From positions 36,396,001 through 36,460,000 of the forward strand of contig CM059432.1 in assembly GCA_030390025.1 (NCBI GenBank): 64,000 nucleotides of DNA, in the 5' to 3' direction. A program made the position numbers and the translations under genes. Below the pieces are notes generated by a model. It was not told the origin of the DNA. It worked only from the letters and a program-made list of their open reading frames with translations, and ran no database searches. This document shows, piece after piece, positions 62,870 to 64,000 of the stretch (positions are counted from its first letter, which is position 1; each line of letters begins with the position of its first letter). Source of the stretch: Squalus acanthias (taxonomy: Eukaryota).

Positions 62870-63500
62870 AACAGCAACAACTTGTATTTATATAGCGCCT
62901 TTAACATAGTAAAACATCCCAAGACGCTTCACAGGAATATTATAAGACAAAATTTGACACCGAGCCACATAAGGAGGAATTGGGGCAGATGACTAAAAGC
63001 TTGGTCAAAGAGGTAGGTTTTAAGGAGCGTCTTAAAGGAGGATAGAGAGGTGGAGAGGCAGAGAGGTTTAGGGCAGGGAATTCCAGAGCTTAGGGCCTAG
63101 GCAACAGAAGGCACGGCCACCAATGGTTGAGCAATTATAATCCGGGATGCTCAAGAGGGCAGAATTAGAGGAGTGCAGATATCTCGGGCTGGGGGGAGGT
63201 GGTTGTGAGGCTGGAGGAGATTACAGTGATAGGGAGGGGCGAGGCTATAGAGGGATTTGAAAACAAGGATGAGAATTTTGAAATCGAGGCATTACTTAAC
63301 CGGGAGCCAATGTAGGTCAGCGAGCACAGGGGTGATGGGTGAACGGGACTTGGTGTGATTTAGGACACGGGCAGCAGAGTTTTGGATAACCTCAAGTTTA
63401 CATACTGTAGAACGTGGGAGGCCAGCCAAGAGTGCGTTAGAATAGTCAAGTCTAGAGGTAACAAAGGCATAGATGAAGGTTTCAGCAGCAGATGAGCTGA
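62870..63500 (-). mobile_element. L2 LINE 3' fragment
   Basis: Closely similar to 45565-46130. Confidence 0.8.
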
Positions 63501-63549
63501 TGCTTATATCCCCTACTTAATGGTATCCAGTAAACCAATATCACTTATA

Positions 63550-64000
63550 GTGAAATTCAATGTAGAGAAATGCAAAGTGCTTCAAATAGGGACAAAAACA
63601 TCCAGGAAGGGACTATTAACTTAAATGGAAAGAAAATAATCATGGAAAATGAGAGAGATCTGGGGGTCCTGATTTGACAATAAATTGTAGCTATCACAAC
63701 AATGCTCGGTGGCAGTGAGTAAAGCAAATCAGATATTGGGATGTATTAAAAGGTCACTATTGAGCCGAAATAGAAGGGTAAACCTGCACTTTATAAATCA
63801 TTGATGGGATTGTACTTACAGTACTGTGTACAGTTCTGGTTGCCAGAATATAAAAAGGATATTGCAGCTATTGAAAGGATACAGAACAGAAAAAGCAGAA
63901 TGATTGAGAGGATGGAGGGATTGGATTATGAGGAGCAATTATGTAAATTGGGCATGTTCTCACTGCAAAAGAGAAGGTTGAAAGGTGACCTGATTGCTGT
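63550..64000 (+). mobile_element. Degraded CR1 fragment running off the window
   Basis: aaattcaatgtagagaaatgcaaagt, gtactgtgtacagttctgg and gagaaggttgaaaggtgacctgatt match CR1 ORF2. Confidence 0.7.

Noticed and set aside
1..64000. CRISPR array, prokaryotic operon or defence system
   Set aside because: No regularly spaced repeat-spacer array and no prokaryotic gene organisation; all RT motifs belong to eukaryotic retroelements.

Overview
Eukaryotic, transposon-dense, intronic or intergenic DNA. It is most likely from a shark or other cartilaginous fish, inferred from the repeat complement. No host protein-coding exon, rRNA, tRNA gene or CRISPR array could be supported. Most of the window is decayed non-LTR retrotransposons: two CR1-group LINE families (here called A and B), L2, one RTE copy, Penelope-like element (PLE) fragments, and Deu-domain and tRNA-derived SINEs. 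There are also small hAT-like and PIF/Harbinger-like MITEs and TC-rich microsatellites. The only intact element is a 4475-bp Ty3/Gypsy LTR retrotransposon (37687-42161, minus strand) with identical 194-bp LTRs, a 5-bp target-site duplication (TSD) and one 1265-aa gag-pol ORF. It has no TGG-type tRNA primer-binding site; instead an 11-nt sequence complementary to its own LTR suggests self-priming. Its RT motif is YLDN rather than YxDD, and it carries a duplicated PPT/U3 start. Other highlights are four intact minimal hammerhead ribozymes from two PLE families, a near-perfect ~200-bp-arm PLE palindrome with a 13-bp TSD, a four-level nest of retroelements, and a locally templated 75-bp inversion. 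All alignments were done by eye; family names are from recognition, not a database search, and boundaries of degraded repeats are approximate.
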